From Steroidobacteraceae bacterium (GTDB lineage: Bacteria > Pseudomonadota > Gammaproteobacteria > Steroidobacterales > Steroidobacteraceae), in assembly GCA_035652555.1 (NCBI GenBank), contig DASRDO010000049.1:69379-133378 (forward strand): a DNA stretch of 64,000 nucleotides. The letters run 5' to 3'. The notes under the pieces are model-generated. The model searched no databases, had not been told where the DNA came from, and was given only the letters and a program-made list of their open reading frames with translations. A program made the position numbers and the translations under genes. Shown here one piece after another: positions 25,464 to 40,464 of the stretch. The stretch's first letter is position 1; each line of letters begins with the position of its first letter.

Positions 25464-26071
25464 TTGAGCTTCTCCACCAGAAAGGACCGAAAGACGCGCC
25501 GCATGGCCCGGCGGTAGAGTGCGCGGAACTCCTCCTCCCCGCCCGCGATGCGTCCGGCACGATAGAGCGTTATGAGACCCTGGCTGAGCGCCGAGTTGAT
25601 CAGCACGATCTCGACGGGGGGCGCCGCCGCGACCGTGCCCTGTCGGATGCCTTCCTCGAGCACGCTCAGCTGAATGTTGCCGGCAGGCGAGCGGCCGGCC
25701 GCGAAATCATCCGGGTAGCGCCGGGCCTTGCGGGAAGGAAGGAGAAAGGCCGCCTCGAAGCGCCGCGGCTCGCGCAGCGCGAAATCGAGAAAGGCCTCGC
25801 CCATCTGCTCGATCTTCGCCAGTCCCGCCACGGCGGGCAACGCCTGAACACGGGCGGACCATTCGTCGAGCGCATCGAGCACCAGGGCATCGATCAGCGC
25901 CTCCTTGCTGGCGAAATGCCGGTAGATGGCCATGGGCGTAATACCGACCTTGGCCGCAACCGCGCGCAGCGACAGCCCCTCGAGCCCCTTGCGGTCGAAG
26001 GCTCTGCGGGCGGCGGCCAGGATCTTCTCTCGGGTACTCACGTATACAGTGTATACATGAAGGACACGCAC
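25460..26071 (-). CDS. TetR/AcrR-family transcriptional regulator
   Basis: The HTH reads REKILAAARRAFDRKGLEGLSLRAVAAKVGITPMAIYRHFASKEALI. The start is ambiguous between GTG at 26071 and GTG at 26041. Confidence 0.85.
   Translation of the reverse strand: MRVLHVYTVYVSTREKILAAARRAFDRKGLEGLSLRAVAAKVGITPMAIYRHFASKEALIDALVLDALDEWSARVQALPAVAGLAKIEQMGEAFLDFALREPRRFEAAFLLPSRKARRYPDDFAAGRSPAGNIQLSVLEEGIRQGTVAAAPPVEIVLINSALSQGLITLYRAGRIAGGEEEFRALYRRAMRRVFRSFLVEKLK
26042..26056. promoter_or_regulatory. 15-bp perfect palindrome GTATACA-G-TGTATAC, candidate TetR operator
   Basis: 7-bp arms around a single central base, in an AT-rich island within GC-rich DNA. It lies at the 5' end of the TetR gene, directly upstream of the alternative GTG start at 26041. 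Confidence 0.45.
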
Positions 26072-26119
26072 TGCAAGGCAGCCGCTGTCGGCCGCCGCAC
26101 CCTCCCGGTGAGAGGGCCC

Positions 26120-28213
26120 TCAGGGCTTCAATCCGTAGACGTCGAGCTCACCCGAGATGCTGGAGGAGCCATACGCGCCGCCGGTATTGTTGCCGCGCGT
26201 GCCGATGTAAACCTTGCCGTTGGCGATCGTCGGCAGTGTGAATTTCACCGCGTTACCGGCCTTATCGGCGCTCGCGGTGGCGCTGTTCCAGAGCTCCTTG
26301 GTCACATCGGAGGCCTGATACGCGTGCAGCACCGCCGGCCCGCAACCGGGAGAGGCGGGCGTGCAGTACTGACTCTCGTCGAGCACCCACACGATGCCGT
26401 TGGTGCTCCCCGAAGCCGAGATCGAGGGCGTGCTGCCAGGATAGCCGAAGCCTCCGGCGGGTGAGGCGGCGGTGCCGGCGAGACTCAACTTCGCCGTCGC
26501 CGGGTCGAGTCGATAGGCGCGCAGGGGGCCGGCGGCGCCGGCGATATAGTAGGTGTCGTTCCACATCGCGCCAACGGTGAAGATCACCCCCGGCGTATCG
26601 GCATTGAGGTTCCCCTCGGTACCGACCGAAGTCACCTGCCAGGCATTGCCGTCGCCATAACCCCCGAGCGCATCGCGATTGAAGACGTAGAGGTTGCCAT
26701 CCTTGCCTCCGGCAATGACGAGGTGGGTCACGGGGCTTCCTGCCGGCAGATCGGCCAGCACCGCGGCTCCGCCGGAACCGAAGTCGTTGTTGTAGATCTG
26801 ATCGGAATGCTGGTCGGAAGGCGTGAAATATTGCAGCACCTGCAGGCCGAGCGACAGCTCCAACAGCGAATCGCCATAATCATCGCTCGGCGCGGTCGCG
26901 CTCGTTGCATCGAAAGCCGCATTCCCTGTGAGGGCATACAGGCGGCCTTGGCCGTCCGCGGCAGGCGCCGCGCCACTCATCCAGATACCGCCTTCGCGCG
27001 AGTTCGGCGCGGCATTGAACGTGGAGGTTTGCGAGAACGACGAGCCGTTGTAGCTATAGCCAATGATCCATCCGTAATAGGGCTGCGCGTCCTCGTGCGA
27101 GCCCCAGGCGATGTATACCGTCCCGTTGACCAGTGCCAGGCCGGCGCGCTGATTCTCCATGCGCGCGCTGAAGGACACCGACGAGCCGCCATCCCCCGTC
27201 CCCGCAGCCGTGGCGGCGATCGTCACCGGTGAGCCGGGCTTCTCCGCGCCGGAGGCGGGATCTATGGCGTGCAGCCGCTGGAAAAAACTCGTGCCGGCGG
27301 CGTTCATCGACTTCGAGACCACGTACAGCGTGCTCGCTGCCGGATCGATGACCGGTGTGCCGGTGACGCCGACCTCGGGAGTCATGTCGCCATCTCCGAC
27401 GCCCACCAGATTGCCGCTGGGTCCGGCGGGCACCGTGGTCTCTCCTCCGGTGCCGCCGTGCCGGCCGTCGATGAGACTCGCCTGCCACAGTTGCTTGCAG
27501 GGTGTGGCATCGGCATCGAACGCGTAGAGGCTATCGTGCGCCGTAGCGACGAGCACGACGTTGTGGGCGGCGCCGTTCACGCGCAGGTTCGCGATCCACA
27601 GCGGCTGCGCGTAGATCGCGCCATCGACCGTGCAGGAGAAGATCTTGCCGAAGGTGGAAGAATTCACATTGCCCGGGGTGAGGGCATACTCTTGCTGATT
27701 CGAGCCGTCGCGGCTCAGGTCGTTATGGTAGGTGTACACACCTGCCAGGTCCGTGACCCCGATCTGGATGGAGGCCTTCTGCGCAGGGTCCGCCGTATCG
27801 CTGGCTGTGATCGTGTATACGCCCGCCGTGCGCGGCGCTGTCAGCACGACTGCACTGCCGCTGGAGCTGGTGGTGGGGTTGAAGGTGCCGCCTGCAGGAC
27901 TGATGCTCCAACTGACGCCCTTGGAGTCACTCGTCTTCGCGGTGACTTGCAGCTGCTGGCCGATTGTGAGGCCCGCAGCAGCGGGTGAAATCGTGATCGA
28001 GACCTGGCTGGGCGGTGGCGGAGATGATGGCGGAGGCGTTACGGGCGGTGGATCGGTACCGGCGGGCGGACTGGTGCCCGCGGGCGGGTCAGTGCCGGAA
28101 GGCGGGTCCGCGGCGCTCTGACCGCTCGAGCTGCCGCCACAGCCAGCCAGCGCAATTGCCATGAGTGCAATCGCTACCAGCCATGTTGTTATGGGTTTCC
28201 CACGCACCATCAT
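26120..28213 (-). CDS. lipoprotein with a Pro-rich linker, an Ig-like (Big_2-type) domain and a PQQ-like beta-propeller repeat domain
   Basis: Lipobox LMAIALAGCGG, with the start taken at MM 28210-28213. The linker reads PPSGTDPPAGTSPPAGTDPPPVTPPPSSPPPPS. The Ig-like segment reads ITISPAAAGLTIGQQLQVTAKT..., and repeated LYAFDA / LYVV / VYIAWG propeller-strand patterns follow. The function is unknown. Confidence 0.7.
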   Translation of the reverse strand: MMVRGKPITTWLVAIALMAIALAGCGGSSSGQSAADPPSGTDPPAGTSPPAGTDPPPVTPPPSSPPPPSQVSITISPAAAGLTIGQQLQVTAKTSDSKGVSWSISPAGGTFNPTTSSSGSAVVLTAPRTAGVYTITASDTADPAQKASIQIGVTDLAGVYTYHNDLSRDGSNQQEYALTPGNVNSSTFGKIFSCTVDGAIYAQPLWIANLRVNGAAHNVVLVATAHDSLYAFDADATPCKQLWQASLIDGRHGGTGGETTVPAGPSGNLVGVGDGDMTPEVGVTGTPVIDPAASTLYVVSKSMNAAGTSFFQRLHAIDPASGAEKPGSPVTIAATAAGTGDGGSSVSFSARMENQRAGLALVNGTVYIAWGSHEDAQPYYGWIIGYSYNGSSFSQTSTFNAAPNSREGGIWMSGAAPAADGQGRLYALTGNAAFDATSATAPSDDYGDSLLELSLGLQVLQYFTPSDQHSDQIYNNDFGSGGAAVLADLPAGSPVTHLVIAGGKDGNLYVFNRDALGGYGDGNAWQVTSVGTEGNLNADTPGVIFTVGAMWNDTYYIAGAAGPLRAYRLDPATAKLSLAGTAASPAGGFGYPGSTPSISASGSTNGIVWVLDESQYCTPASPGCGPAVLHAYQASDVTKELWNSATASADKAGNAVKFTLPTIANGKVYIGTRGNNTGGAYGSSSISGELDVYGLKP
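28050..28103 (-). repeat. 3 x 18-bp imperfect tandem repeat encoding the P(A/S)GT(D/S)P linker of the lipoprotein
   Basis: The units are ggatcggtaccggcgggc / ggactggtgcccgcgggc / gggtcagtgccggaaggc on the + strand, which translate on the minus strand to PAGTDP, PAGTSP and PSGTDP. Confidence 0.6.
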
Positions 28214-28294
28214 TCTCACCCTGGTGCCTCGGCGCATCGCAGGGTTGACGGACTGGCACAAGCATCCGCTGTGCCCAGAACCGGATGGTGCGAG

Positions 28295-31200
28295 CTACAC
28301 GAGCACCCGCTCGATGCCTCCTCTGTTCACCCGTGAGACATAATCCGCCATCCAGTTCTCACCGAGTACGTGTCGGGCGATCTCGACGACGATGTAGTCC
28401 GCGTCCAGATCGGCATCGTCGCCATAACGCTTCAGGCCCTGAAGGCACGATGGACAGGACGTCAGGATCTTCACCTGTGCAGCGCCGGCTGCGCGTAATC
28501 CCTGCGCGCCCGTGCGAACCTCCTCCTCCTTGCGGAAGCGCACTTGGGTGGACACATCGGGTCGCGCAATGGCCAGGGTGCCGGACTCCCCGCAGCAGCG
28601 ATCGTTCTTCTCGATACGGCCGTTGCGCGAGTCGTTCATGAGGGCATTGACCACCTTCAGCGGCTCGTAACGCTTCATCGGCGTATGGCAGGGATCGTGG
28701 TACATGTAACGCGTACCGGTCACACCTTCGAGCCGCACCCCCTTCTCCATCAGATACTCGTGGATGTCGATGATCCGGGAGCCGGGGAATATCTCCTCGA
28801 ACTTATATCCCTGCAACTGGTCGTAACAGGTGCCGCAGCTGACGACTACGGTGCGGATGTCCAGGTAATTCAGCGTGTTGGCAACGCGGTGGAAGAGGAC
28901 GCGGTTGTCCGTGGTGATCTTCTGCGCCCGGTCAACCTGACCCGCGCCCCGCTGCGGATAGCCGCAGCAGAGGTATCCAGGTGGCAGGACCGTCTGCACC
29001 CCGACATGCCAGAGCATCGCCTGGGTGGCTATGCCAACCTGCGAGAAGAGCCGTTCCGAGCCGCAGCCCGGGAAGTAGAACACCGCCTCGGAATCGCTGC
29101 TGGTCGCTGCCGGGTCGCGGATGATCGGCACGTAGTCCGGGTTCTCGATGTCGAGCAGCGCGCGCGCCGTTTTCTTCGGCAACCCGCCGGGCATGCGCTT
29201 GTTGACGAAGTGCACCACCTGCTCGCGTATCGCCGGCCTGCCGGTCGTAGCAGGCGGGCGGCGGGTCTGCGCCCGCGCCAGACCCTTCAGCATTCCGTGC
29301 GCGGTGCGCTGTGCTCTGTAGCCCCACTCGATCATCAGCTTGCGTGCGAGCCGGATGGTCCGCGGGTTGGTCGCATTGAGGAAGAACATCGAGGCGGCCG
29401 TGCCGGGATTGAAGCGCTTCCTGCCCATCCGCTGCAGCAGGTCGCGCATCGCCATCGACACATCGCCGAAGTCAATGTCCACGGGGCACGGGCTCGAGCA
29501 CCGGTGGCACAACGTGCAGTGGTCCCCGACGTCGGCGAACTCGTCCCAGTGCCTGATGCTCACGCCGCGGCGGGTCTGCTCCTCGTAGAGGAATGCCTCG
29601 ATGAGAAGCGAGGTCGCCAGAATCTTATTGCGCGGGCTGTAGAGGAGGTTGGCCCGGGGCACGTGCGTGGCGCATACCGGCTTGCACTTGCCGCAGCGCA
29701 GGCAGTCCTTGACGGAATCGGCGATCGTGCCGATGTCCGACTGCTGCATGATGAGCGACTCGTGTCCGAGGAGGTTGAAGCTCGGGGTATACGCATTCGA
29801 GAGATCGCCGCCCGGCAGGAGCTTACCCAGGTTGAATCGGCCCTGCGGGTCGATGGCCTGCTTATAGGCGCGGAACTCCACGACCTCCGCATCATCCAAA
29901 AATTCCAGCTTCGTGATGCCGATGCCGTGCTCCCCCGAGATGACTCCACCGAGCCGGCGGGCGATGCCCATGATGCGTGCGACCGCGGCCGTGGCCGTCC
30001 GCAGCATCTCGTAATCGTCGGAATTGACGGGAATATTCGTATGGACGTTCCCGTCCCCCGCATGCATGTGCAGCGCGACGAAGATGCGTCCGCGCAGCAC
30101 GCTCCGATGGGCTTCCTCGCAGGAGGCCAGGATGGGAGCGAAAACCCGCCCGTTGAAAATCTGTTGCAGCGGCGCACGTAACTCACGCTTCCACGAGACG
30201 CGGATCGTGCGGTCCTGCACCATATCGAAGACGCGCAGAGCCCCATCCTCGGCCAGGCGGGCGCGCAGGTCCGGGATTCGCTCGCAATGCAGAGCCTCGA
30301 GCCGTGGCAGAGCTTGCTCGAGGCTGGTGTCGAGATGGCTTGCGAGCCAGCTCCAGCGCAGGCGGACATCCGCGAGCAGTTGCCTCACCTGCGAAGTGCG
30401 CTCGCCGATGATTTCCTCATCCGGCAGATTTCCGAGCTCAGCATCCGCCGCGCGCGCGAGCGGTAGTGTTGCGGCGAACAGAGACTCGAGCGCATCGATG
30501 AGGGCGAGCTTGTTGGCGATCGACAGCTCGATGTTGATACGCTCGATCTCGTCCGTGTACTCGCCCATGCGGGCGAGCGGCAGCACGACGTCCTCGTTGA
30601 TCTTGAAGGCGTTGGTGTGGCGCGCGATGGCGGCCGTGCGGGCGCGGTCCAGCCAGAACTTGCGACGCGCTTCCGCGCTCACCGCGACGAAGCCCTCGCC
30701 GCTGCGTGCGTTGGCGATCCGCACCACATGTGATGCGGCCGCGGCGACTGCCGCCTCGTCATCGCCGACGATGTCGCCGAAGAGTCCCATCTTGGGCAGC
30801 GAGCCGCGCTTGGATTTTGTGGTGTAGCCCACGGCCCGCAGATACCGCTCATCCATGTGCTCGAGTCCTGCGAGACGCACGCTGCTGCGGGCGGTGAGAT
30901 CATCGAGATAGTCCTTGATCTCGACGATCGCGGGCACCGCCTCGCGCGCCTGGCCGAAGAACTCCAGACATACCGTGCGCGTGTACGCAGGGCTGCGATG
31001 CAACACCCAGCGCGCGGAGGTGATGATGCCGTCGCAGCCTTCCTTCTGCACGCCCGGCAGACCGCCGAGGAACTTGTCGGTCACGTCCTTGCCGAGCCCT
31101 ACCTTGCGGAACCGGCTCCCCGGAATCCGCAGCGTTTGTCTGCGCAGCACGGCTGCCCGGTCGGGCCGGTCTCTGCCGTCCTTCCAGGCCAATTCGAACT

Positions 31201-32263
31201 CGGCGGTCTCGACGTCGTGGATCTTGCCCCGGTTGTGCGCGACGCGGCTGACTTCCAGCCAGTTGCCGTCGCAATCGACCATGCGCCACCACGCCAGGTT
31301 GTCCACGGCAGTGCCCCACAGGACTGCTTTCTTGCCGCCGGCATTCATCGCGATGTTACCGCCTATGCAGGAGGCATCCGCCGATGTGGGGTCGACGGCA
31401 AACACCAGGCCGCCCTGCTCTGCGGCCGCGGCCACGCGCCGGGTGACGACGCCGGCTTCGGAGTAGATCGTCGGGACCGTTTCCCCGAGCCCGGGCAGGT
31501 GCACGCTCTCGATCGCGTCCAGCCGCTCCAGTTTCTCCGTGTTGATGACGGCGGAGAGCGGTGTCAGCGGAACGGCGCCGCCGGTATATCCGGTGCCGCC
31601 GCCCCGTGGAATGATGGTGAGCCCGAGCTCGATGCAGCCGCGCACCAGATCCGGGATCTCCGCTTCCGTGTCGGGCATCAGCACCACGAACGGGTACTCC
31701 ACGCGCCAGTCGGTCGCGTCGGTAACGTGGGATACGCGCGCATAAGCATCGAAGCGGATATTGTCCGCGCGCGTGCGGCGCCCCAGCACGCGCGTCACTC
31801 TGCGGCGTAGCGCAGCCCAGACATCGAAGTCCGTCTCGAAGCTGCGCACCGCTGCGCGTGCGGCTGTCAACAGCTCGCCGACGCGATCATAGCGTTGGAT
31901 GTCATTCGCATTGCGGCGACGGTCCACCTCCGTCAGCCGGTGGTGCAGCGCCTCGACGAGGAGGCGTCGCCGCCGCCTGTTTTCGAGGAGGTCGTCCTGC
32001 AGATATGGATTGCGGCGCACGACCCAGATGTCGCCCAAAACCTCATAGAGCATCCGCGCCGAGCGGCCCGTGCGCCGCTCATGCCGCAGCTCCTCGATCA
32101 GCGCCCAGTGCCGCGCCCCGAGCAGGCGAATCACGATCTCCCGGTCCGAGAAGGACGTGTAGTTGTAGGGGATCTCGCGCAGCCGCGCCGCCGGCTCGCG
32201 CTCAGGCGCGGGCTCGCCGGCAGGTTCGAGAGGCAGCGACGTCTGTGTCGGTATCGTGCTCAT
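28295..32263 (-). CDS. DUF3683 + FAD-linked oxidase (PCMH) + 2x[4Fe-4S] + CCG-repeat fusion oxidoreductase (GlcD/GlcF- or YdiJ-type 2-hydroxyacid dehydrogenase-like)
   Basis: 1322 aa. The N-terminus is [22 protein letters not shown] (DUF3683-like). FAD binding: [16 protein letters not shown]. Ferredoxin clusters: [14 protein letters not shown] and [17 protein letters not shown]-type motifs: [38 protein letters not shown]. Confidence 0.85.
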   Translation of the reverse strand: MSTIPTQTSLPLEPAGEPAPEREPAARLREIPYNYTSFSDREIVIRLLGARHWALIEELRHERRTGRSARMLYEVLGDIWVVRRNPYLQDDLLENRRRRRLLVEALHHRLTEVDRRRNANDIQRYDRVGELLTAARAAVRSFETDFDVWAALRRRVTRVLGRRTRADNIRFDAYARVSHVTDATDWRVEYPFVVLMPDTEAEIPDLVRGCIELGLTIIPRGGGTGYTGGAVPLTPLSAVINTEKLERLDAIESVHLPGLGETVPTIYSEAGVVTRRVAAAAEQGGLVFAVDPTSADASCIGGNIAMNAGGKKAVLWGTAVDNLAWWRMVDCDGNWLEVSRVAHNRGKIHDVETAEFELAWKDGRDRPDRAAVLRRQTLRIPGSRFRKVGLGKDVTDKFLGGLPGVQKEGCDGIITSARWVLHRSPAYTRTVCLEFFGQAREAVPAIVEIKDYLDDLTARSSVRLAGLEHMDERYLRAVGYTTKSKRGSLPKMGLFGDIVGDDEAAVAAAASHVVRIANARSGEGFVAVSAEARRKFWLDRARTAAIARHTNAFKINEDVVLPLARMGEYTDEIERINIELSIANKLALIDALESLFAATLPLARAADAELGNLPDEEIIGERTSQVRQLLADVRLRWSWLASHLDTSLEQALPRLEALHCERIPDLRARLAEDGALRVFDMVQDRTIRVSWKRELRAPLQQIFNGRVFAPILASCEEAHRSVLRGRIFVALHMHAGDGNVHTNIPVNSDDYEMLRTATAAVARIMGIARRLGGVISGEHGIGITKLEFLDDAEVVEFRAYKQAIDPQGRFNLGKLLPGGDLSNAYTPSFNLLGHESLIMQQSDIGTIADSVKDCLRCGKCKPVCATHVPRANLLYSPRNKILATSLLIEAFLYEEQTRRGVSIRHWDEFADVGDHCTLCHRCSSPCPVDIDFGDVSMAMRDLLQRMGRKRFNPGTAASMFFLNATNPRTIRLARKLMIEWGYRAQRTAHGMLKGLARAQTRRPPATTGRPAIREQVVHFVNKRMPGGLPKKTARALLDIENPDYVPIIRDPAATSSDSEAVFYFPGCGSERLFSQVGIATQAMLWHVGVQTVLPPGYLCCGYPQRGAGQVDRAQKITTDNRVLFHRVANTLNYLDIRTVVVSCGTCYDQLQGYKFEEIFPGSRIIDIHEYLMEKGVRLEGVTGTRYMYHDPCHTPMKRYEPLKVVNALMNDSRNGRIEKNDRCCGESGTLAIARPDVSTQVRFRKEEEVRTGAQGLRAAGAAQVKILTSCPSCLQGLKRYGDDADLDADYIVVEIARHVLGENWMADYVSRVNRGGIERVLV

Positions 32264-32369
32264 GGGTTATTTTCGAGCCTGCCAGGCACAGCGGGCCAGG
32301 GCCGCTCCCTCGCCCCCGGCAACCGTGCAGGGTCTCGGCCCTGAGGGCCCGCCCGGCGATTCTCGCCAG

Positions 32370-33854
32370 TCAAGGAAGGTCCGTGCCGCCCATCAGAAAC
32401 CGGTCGCATTCGCGCGCGGCGCCCCGACCCTCGTTGATGGCCCAGACCACCAGGCTCTGTCCGCGGCGGCAGTCGCCGGCAGCGAACACGCCTTTGACGT
32501 TGGTCGCGAACAGTCCATGCTCGGCCTGCACGTTGGAGCGCTCATCGGTGTGGACACCGAGCTCGGCCAACAGAGGTTGCTCCGGTCCGGTGAAACCCAT
32601 CGCCAGCAGCACGAGGTCCGCAGGGATGTCGCGCTCACTGCCCGGCACATCGACGGGCGACAGGCGACCGTTCGAGTCCCTCTTCCAGGTCACGGCAACC
32701 GTGCTCAGCGAGCGAACGCCGCCCTCTGCGTCGCCGTTCAGCCGCTTCACGGTCGTGACGTACGTACGCGGGTCGGAGCCGAACTTTGCCGCAGCTTCCT
32801 CCTGCCCGTAGTCCAGCTTGTAGACCTTGGGCCACTCCGGCCATGGATTGTCGCTCGCGCGATCCAGGGGCGGCTGCGGCATGATCTCGATCTGCGTCAG
32901 GCTCTTGCAACCTTGTCGTATGGCCGTGGCGACGCAATCCGTGCCGGTATCGCCGCCACCCACCACGATGACGTGTTTGCCACGCGCATGGATGGAGCTA
33001 TGGTCAGGTCCGCCGTTGAGCAACGACTTGGTGCTGGCGGTGAGGTATTCCATGGCGAAGTGCACGCCCTGCAGCTTCCGGTTCGCGACGGCCAGGTCGC
33101 GTGCCTGCGTGGCGCCCGTGCAGATGACCATGGCATCGAAGTCCTTGAGGAGCAGCATCGGCTCGACATTTTCGCCGACGTTGGCGTTGCAGACGAACTT
33201 CACTCCTTCCTGCTGCATCAGCTCGATGCGCCGCAGCACGACCTCCTTCTTGTCGAGCTTCATATTGGGGATGCCATACATGAGCAGGCCACCCGGGCGG
33301 TCGTCGCGCTCGAGCACGGTCACCGTATGCCCGGCGCGATTCAACTGGGCAGCCGCGGCAAGGCCGGCAGGGCCGGAGCCGATCACCGCCACCCGCTTAT
33401 CGGTGCGTGCGGCGGGCGGCTCGGGCGCGATCCAGCCCTGTTCCCAGCCCTTGTCGACGATGGCGTTCTCGACGCTCTTGATCGTCACAGGCGGGGCGTT
33501 GATGCCGAGTACACACGAGCCCTCACACGGCGCGGGGCAGACGCGGCCGGTGAACTCCGGAAAGTTGTTGGTTTTGTGCAGGCGCTCGAGGGCCTCGCGC
33601 CAGAGGCCCCGATACACGAGGTCGTTCCACTCCGGGATGAGGTTGTTCACCGGGCAGCCCGAGGCCATGCCCGAAATCAGCCTGCCCGTATGGCAGAACG
33701 GTACGCCGCAGTCCATGCAGCGGGCGGCCTGGTTGCGCAGCCGCTTCTCGTCCATGTGATGGTGGAACTCCTGCCAGTCGCGCACGCGCTCGACGGGCGT
33801 GCGGTCCACGGGGAGCTCGCGCAGGTACTCGATGAATCCGGTCGGCTTGCCCAT
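32370..33854 (-). CDS. gltD: glutamate synthase (NADPH) small subunit
   Basis: 494 aa. Motifs: MGKPTGFIEY...QAARCMDCGVPFCH and VAVIGSGPAGLAAAAQLNRAGH. It starts 18 nt downstream of gltB. Confidence 0.95.
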   Translation of the reverse strand: MGKPTGFIEYLRELPVDRTPVERVRDWQEFHHHMDEKRLRNQAARCMDCGVPFCHTGRLISGMASGCPVNNLIPEWNDLVYRGLWREALERLHKTNNFPEFTGRVCPAPCEGSCVLGINAPPVTIKSVENAIVDKGWEQGWIAPEPPAARTDKRVAVIGSGPAGLAAAAQLNRAGHTVTVLERDDRPGGLLMYGIPNMKLDKKEVVLRRIELMQQEGVKFVCNANVGENVEPMLLLKDFDAMVICTGATQARDLAVANRKLQGVHFAMEYLTASTKSLLNGGPDHSSIHARGKHVIVVGGGDTGTDCVATAIRQGCKSLTQIEIMPQPPLDRASDNPWPEWPKVYKLDYGQEEAAAKFGSDPRTYVTTVKRLNGDAEGGVRSLSTVAVTWKRDSNGRLSPVDVPGSERDIPADLVLLAMGFTGPEQPLLAELGVHTDERSNVQAEHGLFATNVKGVFAAGDCRRGQSLVVWAINEGRGAARECDRFLMGGTDLP

Positions 33855-33872
33855 CGGGTGCTCGATCTCCTG

Positions 33873-38534
<4,662 letters not shown>

Positions 38535-38789
38535 GACTGATCGGCCTCTCGTTGCTCTGAAAGCGGGCGCACGCGTCCTTGCACCGGTGCCGAGGCCTCA
38601 TCAGGGAATGAGCCTCGCCGGCGGCGCCCGCGGAATTGTCAAAGATGATGAGGCGGATCGCGGCGCTGCACCCGGACGCATGAAGTGGAGTCCGGGCGGC
38701 GCGTGCCCGTCTGAGCCGCCGATATAAGCCCGATAATATCCGTCCCTGGCACCGGGTCAATGGCGACACGGGCCTTTTTCGGGATGTTT

Positions 38790-39560
38790 ATGAAAATCGC
38801 AACTTTCAATGTCAATGGGATCGGTGCCCGCTTGCCGGCGCTCCTCGAATGGCTCGCCCGCGAGGCGCCCGATGTCGCCTGCCTGCAGGAGCTCAAGGCG
38901 CCTGATCCGGCTTTTCCGATGGCTGCAGTCCGTCTCGCCGGCTACGAGGCGGTCTGGCACGGGCAGCGGTCCTTCAATGGGGTCGCCATCCTGGCCCGGG
39001 GCGCAGCACCGGTGGAGATCCGCCGGGGCTTGCCCGGCGATCCCGACGATACGCACAGCCGCTACATCGAGGCCGAGGTCGGCGGGCTCATCGTCGCCTC
39101 CCTGTACCTGCCCAACGGCAATCCACAGCCCGGCCCCAAGTTCGACTACAAGCTCGCCTGGATGGAGCGGCTCATCGACCATGCGCAGACGCTCGTCGGC
39201 CTCGGCAAACCCGTCGTCCTGGCTGGCGATTACAACGTCGTGCCCACCGACTCCGATATCTACGATCCGACCAACTGGCGCAAGGATGCGCTGCTGCAGC
39301 CGCAGACCCGCGCGGCTTATCAGCGCCTACTCGATCAGGGTTGGGTCGATGCGGTGCGTGCTCGCCACCCGGGAGAGCGCATCTACACGTTTTGGGATTT
39401 TTTCCGCGATCACTTCCGACGCAACTCGGGACTGCGCATCGATCACCTGCTGCTCAGTCCGGATCTCGGCCCGCGCCTGCTCGATGCCAACGTCGACAGG
39501 TGGGTGCGCGGCGAGGAGAAGCCGAGTGATCACGCGCCTACATGGGTACGTCTGACCTAA
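38790..39560 (+). CDS. xthA: exodeoxyribonuclease III
   Basis: Start taken at MKIATFNVNGI (38790). Motifs: CLQELK, LPNGNP, SDHAPTWVRL. Confidence 0.9.
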   Translation: MKIATFNVNGIGARLPALLEWLAREAPDVACLQELKAPDPAFPMAAVRLAGYEAVWHGQRSFNGVAILARGAAPVEIRRGLPGDPDDTHSRYIEAEVGGLIVASLYLPNGNPQPGPKFDYKLAWMERLIDHAQTLVGLGKPVVLAGDYNVVPTDSDIYDPTNWRKDALLQPQTRAAYQRLLDQGWVDAVRARHPGERIYTFWDFFRDHFRRNSGLRIDHLLLSPDLGPRLLDANVDRWVRGEEKPSDHAPTWVRLT

Positions 39561-39574
39561 CACGCCGCGGTGAT

Positions 39575-39616
39575 GCGGGTTCTTTCGGGCGCGTAGGGAA
39601 CCGCCAAGCCTTTTTT
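39575..39616 (+). terminator. possible intrinsic terminator after xthA
   Basis: An imperfect stem GCGGGTTC...GAACCGC is followed by CAAGCC and a T6 run (39611-39616). The stem carries a one-base bulge, so support is only moderate. Confidence 0.35.
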
Positions 39617-39645
39617 ACATTTCACTAGATATTTCATAGAGTAGG

Positions 39646-40464
39646 GTGGTGGCCGCAATTCCATGCACCGACAACCTGGCTCTATCAGGGATCGCGCTGT
39701 TCCTCGACGTTGACGGCACGTTGCTCGAGATTGCAGCGCGGCCGCAGGCCGTGTCAGTCCCCGAGGCGCTGCGGGAACGGCTGCGGGCGCTGTCTCACGC
39801 CAGCGGCGGCGCCGTAGCGCTCGTCAGCGGACGCGCGATTGCGGATCTCGACGCCCTATTTGCTCCGCTCGCGCTACCGTCAGCGGGACTGCACGGCTTC
39901 GAGCGTCGCGGCGCTTCTGGCGAGTATTACCGGTTGCCGCCACCCTCCACGGCTGCGCTCGAGTTTGCGCGTGCAGCGATGGTACAGCTCGCGCGCCGGC
40001 ATGCTGGCTTGCTGGTCGAGGACAAGCTGTTCGCGCTGGCGCTGCATTACCGCGACGCCCCGCAATTGGAGGAGACGGTGGTCAGGACCATGCAGGAGCT
40101 TGCAACACGCGTGCATGAAGATCTCGAGCTGCAGCGCGGCAAGATGGTCGTGGAGCTGCGTCCGGCCGGTGCAACCAAGGCGGACGGTGTGGCCGCCTTT
40201 CTGGAGGAGGCGCCGTTTGCCGGCCGTGTGCCGATCTTCATCGGTGACGATCTGACGGACGAGCCGGCGTTCGAGCTCGTCAACCGGTGCAAAGGTCATT
40301 CGGTGGTCGTGAGTGCCACACGGCCTTCTGCCGCGCGGACACGGCTGACGGATGTGACCGCCGTCCGTGACTGGCTGGAGCAGCTGCAGACTGCTCCAGC
40401 CGCGGCCCTGCGCCGATTGTCTGCTCGAGAACCGCAGGGCGTGCGTGCCGGGAGCCTCGCCTGA
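39646..40464 (+). CDS. otsB: trehalose-6-phosphate phosphatase
   Basis: HAD motif I is LFLDVDGTLLEIA. GTG start. A TGATG overlap links it to otsA. Confidence 0.85.
   Translation: MVAAIPCTDNLALSGIALFLDVDGTLLEIAARPQAVSVPEALRERLRALSHASGGAVALVSGRAIADLDALFAPLALPSAGLHGFERRGASGEYYRLPPPSTAALEFARAAMVQLARRHAGLLVEDKLFALALHYRDAPQLEETVVRTMQELATRVHEDLELQRGKMVVELRPAGATKADGVAAFLEEAPFAGRVPIFIGDDLTDEPAFELVNRCKGHSVVVSATRPSAARTRLTDVTAVRDWLEQLQTAPAAALRRLSAREPQGVRAGSLA

Noticed and set aside
38535-38789. The 255-nt gltB/xthA divergent region as a riboswitch or sRNA locus (imperfect hairpin GAGGCCTCAT...ATGAGCCTC near 38592-38616).
   Set aside because: Only one imperfect stem is present. I recognise no conserved riboswitch core, and proteobacterial gltB has no known riboswitch class. 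The region most simply holds two divergent promoters.
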